Positions 61,758 to 64,000 of a stretch of DNA of 64,000 nt are shown here, in pieces. The position numbers and the translations under genes are program-made. This stretch comes from a virus. Position 1 is the first letter of the stretch; every line of letters starts with the position of its first letter. The stretch covers positions 1 to 64,000 of the IMG/VR virus record IMGVR_UViG_3300026488_000013; one strand, written 5' to 3'. The notes below the pieces were generated by a model. That model had not been told where the DNA came from. It saw nothing but the letters and a program-made list of their open reading frames with translations, and made no database searches.

Positions 61758-61793
61758 TTTCCCTAATTTCCCTTTTTGTTATTTCTCTATCTA

Positions 61794-62810
61794 TTACGAT
61801 TGAACTCTTAAAAGTGTATTAAATATTTTCCTGGTTTTAGGCGGAGTATAAATATATTCAAAATCGCCCTCAAATAAATCTGTGGTAAAATCTATTTCTG
61901 TAGATGGGTGAATGGTATTTAAGTCTTCAAGAAAATTTTCTTCCAATTTACTGGTAATTTTTTCATAATCCGCCGCTTTTCGAGCTTTAGTCTTCTTACT
62001 CATGACTATAACCGAATATATATATGTTTGTTTAAACCCCATACGAACAAATGTTACAAAATTTTGAACATAAATTATATCGATTGCAAATAATAAATTT
62101 GAAAAAAATTTATTAAGTGCTTCATTAACAATAATTTCCTCATTTACATTCAAAGATTTATTCGTCGCATTCAGGGCAATATTTATTGCTTTTTTCTCTT
62201 TGATATAATCAAACAGATTTTGATAAATAATTAGAAATATTTTTGAATATACTTTTTTAAATAAATTCGAATTCTCTACCAATAAATTAAAAATAGTGCC
62301 CCGTATTACATTTTTATTTTTACTGGAAATAAACCTTAATTTTTTAATTATCTTTTCGCTTAAATACTTATACGCAAAAATATATACTCTTTCTAAAACA
62401 TAATTGTCATTATAGTCTTTAACGATGCGTTTTTCTCTTTTTAAAAACTCCGAAATTTCGCTATCAATAATTTCTATTATTTTTTCATTTAAAAACTCTT
62501 TAATTGCATTTTCTATTATTATTTTAATTTTTTCCCTCAATATTTTTTTATTATTTTTTTTAGCAGAAATTTCCGAATAATACTCTAAAACCTTATTATA
62601 AATTTTTTCTGTTATTTCATACTTTTTATCAATTCTATCAATTATATCTTTAATTTTATCTTCCACCCATTTTGCCTTGAAATTAAAATACGTAATAGAT
62701 TTAATTTTTGATTTTTTATTATACATTTCTAACAATTTTTTATATTCTCTTTTTGCTTCCGAATATTTTTTCAAAATATCTTTATTACTAATTTCTAATT
62801 TCGCCACCAT
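61794..62810 (-). CDS. Hypothetical protein
   Basis: 338-aa ORF; TACGGATAAA 14 nt upstream. Confidence 0.65.
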   Translation of the reverse strand: MVAKLEISNKDILKKYSEAKREYKKLLEMYNKKSKIKSITYFNFKAKWVEDKIKDIIDRIDKKYEITEKIYNKVLEYYSEISAKKNNKKILREKIKIIIENAIKEFLNEKIIEIIDSEISEFLKREKRIVKDYNDNYVLERVYIFAYKYLSEKIIKKLRFISSKNKNVIRGTIFNLLVENSNLFKKVYSKIFLIIYQNLFDYIKEKKAINIALNATNKSLNVNEEIIVNEALNKFFSNLLFAIDIIYVQNFVTFVRMGFKQTYIYSVIVMSKKTKARKAADYEKITSKLEENFLEDLNTIHPSTEIDFTTDLFEGDFEYIYTPPKTRKIFNTLLRVQS

Positions 62811-62854
62811 AATAAAAATATTAATTTATCCGTATCGCAATTTTAAAAAGTGTT

Positions 62855-63529
62855 TTAAATCTTATTTAACTGAAACCCATTAGTATTTAAAAATGATAAC
62901 TTTGAATATAGATGTTCTGGAACAAACAAAACATTAGATTTATTTATTCCTGCAGAATAATTCACCATTTTAATATAATTGTAGAATTCCTCAATCAAAT
63001 TAATAAGAATATTTCTTAAAGATTTATCAAAGATTTGGGTGTCATACCTACCTAATATAACAATATGAATTTTATTTCTTAATTTATCAATTGTAGATTT
63101 ATTGTTATCGTTTGGCGCTGGAATTATTGGTTGGATGGTAAAGGGGCGTGTTAAGAGGATAACCCACTGATTTTCTAAATACTCTATATACAAATGGAAA
63201 GGAAGATATTCATCATTTAACAAATACGAAAAATAATTTTTCTCGAACTCATTCACATATTGAGGGAACTCAAATTTGTAAGTGTCGTTTATTATCTTTT
63301 TTACAGGAAAAGTAAAATACGAATATGTGTCTGAGATAAATATTCCATCTGGAACAAATATACTATTTCTTTTTCTATTATTAAACAAATTTTCATTTAA
63401 TAATAATGAGAAAATATTGTCTGTATCTATAAACTCTATATCATCTTCAGTTATTATAATATTTTGGGAAGATTTTCTATTTCCGATGATACCAATTTTG
63501 TAAGGTTTATTGTTTTGGTTGTTATACAT
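62855..63529 (-). CDS. Hypothetical protein, possibly a degenerate amidase_2/PGRP fold
   Basis: LPFHLYI...IHIVILGRYD resembles amidase_2 strands; catalytic residues not evident. Confidence 0.4.
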   Translation of the reverse strand: MYNNQNNKPYKIGIIGNRKSSQNIIITEDDIEFIDTDNIFSLLLNENLFNNRKRNSIFVPDGIFISDTYSYFTFPVKKIINDTYKFEFPQYVNEFEKNYFSYLLNDEYLPFHLYIEYLENQWVILLTRPFTIQPIIPAPNDNNKSTIDKLRNKIHIVILGRYDTQIFDKSLRNILINLIEEFYNYIKMVNYSAGINKSNVLFVPEHLYSKLSFLNTNGFQLNKI

Positions 63530-64000
63530 GTGTTGATTTTGAATGAATTTATTCTATCTAATAGGTCTTTAAAAATAGCGCCGTTTAAAGATATATGGAA
63601 CCCTATGTTTAAAGTTAATAGCTGAGCTATTAATAGTTTGATTTGATTAATTAGTTTTATTATAGAATTAATTAAATCGACTATAGGTTTTAGCACCTTA
63701 TCCGTTAAGATTTTTAGTAAAATGTCTAAAAAACTTTCATTTGTATTTGGAATAACAATATTAAGCCCATATGAAAATGCGAATTTTTTGCACGGGTCAA
63801 AATCTACACAAGCGCCGCCGAAAAAAGTGGCGTCTTTCGATAATTCACTGAGATTTTTCAGTTCTAATAACGGTATTTGTTCTATTAACCAATCTGGTAG
63901 TCTAATATCCAGACCGAAGTTAAAATCTATGTTCAAAGCGAAGTTAGATAAATCTTCTAATAAGCTACATATCACATTGTTATATTCTACCTCTACTGCC
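63454..64000 (-). CDS. Hypothetical protein, probably starting beyond the window
   Basis: Frame is open to the window edge. Confidence 0.55.
   Translation of the reverse strand, partial: AVEVEYNNVICSLLEDLSNFALNIDFNFGLDIRLPDWLIEQIPLLELKNLSELSKDATFFGGACVDFDPCKKFAFSYGLNIVIPNTNESFLDILLKILTDKVLKPIVDLINSIIKLINQIKLLIAQLLTLNIGFHISLNGAIFKDLLDRINSFKINTCITTKTINLTKLVSSEIENLPKIL

Noticed and set aside
2778-63503. Numerous short + strand ORFs antisense to long genes
   Set aside because: Shadow frames with F/S/I/L-biased composition and no RBS or promoter motif

Overview
Very AT-rich 64 kb segment of a jumbo myophage that encodes its own multisubunit RNA polymerases. The host is probably a thermophilic bacterium (inferred from AGGAGG RBSs, KhpA, Csx3 and K/E/I/Y-rich proteins). 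It contains fragments of two split RNAPs: two beta-prime N-halves, one beta-prime C-fragment and one beta N-fragment. Other genes include terminase large subunit, baseplate wedge, tape-measure-like, neck and PAAR proteins, UvsX/RecA, an RNase H-like 5'-3' nuclease, an SF2 helicase, two free-standing Vsr/Hef-like endonucleases and the start of a TnpB. Highlights: (1) the catalytic DxDGD motif of one beta-prime is interrupted by an atypical mini-intein and, 9 nt later, by a group I intron; the intron appears to end in A rather than G and carries an antisense csx3 ring-nuclease gene in its P8 loop. (2) The second beta-prime stops 24 aa after NADYDGD in an intein-like tail; it is followed by a 22-bp inverted mimic of an AFNADFDG-coding site next to the promoter of a free-standing endonuclease. 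(3) A complete four-gene deamidating NAD+ salvage operon (pncB, nadD-Nudix, pncA, nadE). (4) A TAYRGAWAWT motif sits exactly 8 nt before the ATG of 17 genes lacking a usable SD, suggesting leaderless phage-RNAP promoters. (5) Several ORF-less IS200/IS605-derived elements carry covarying structured RNAs. All assignments come from reading motifs by eye; no searches were run.
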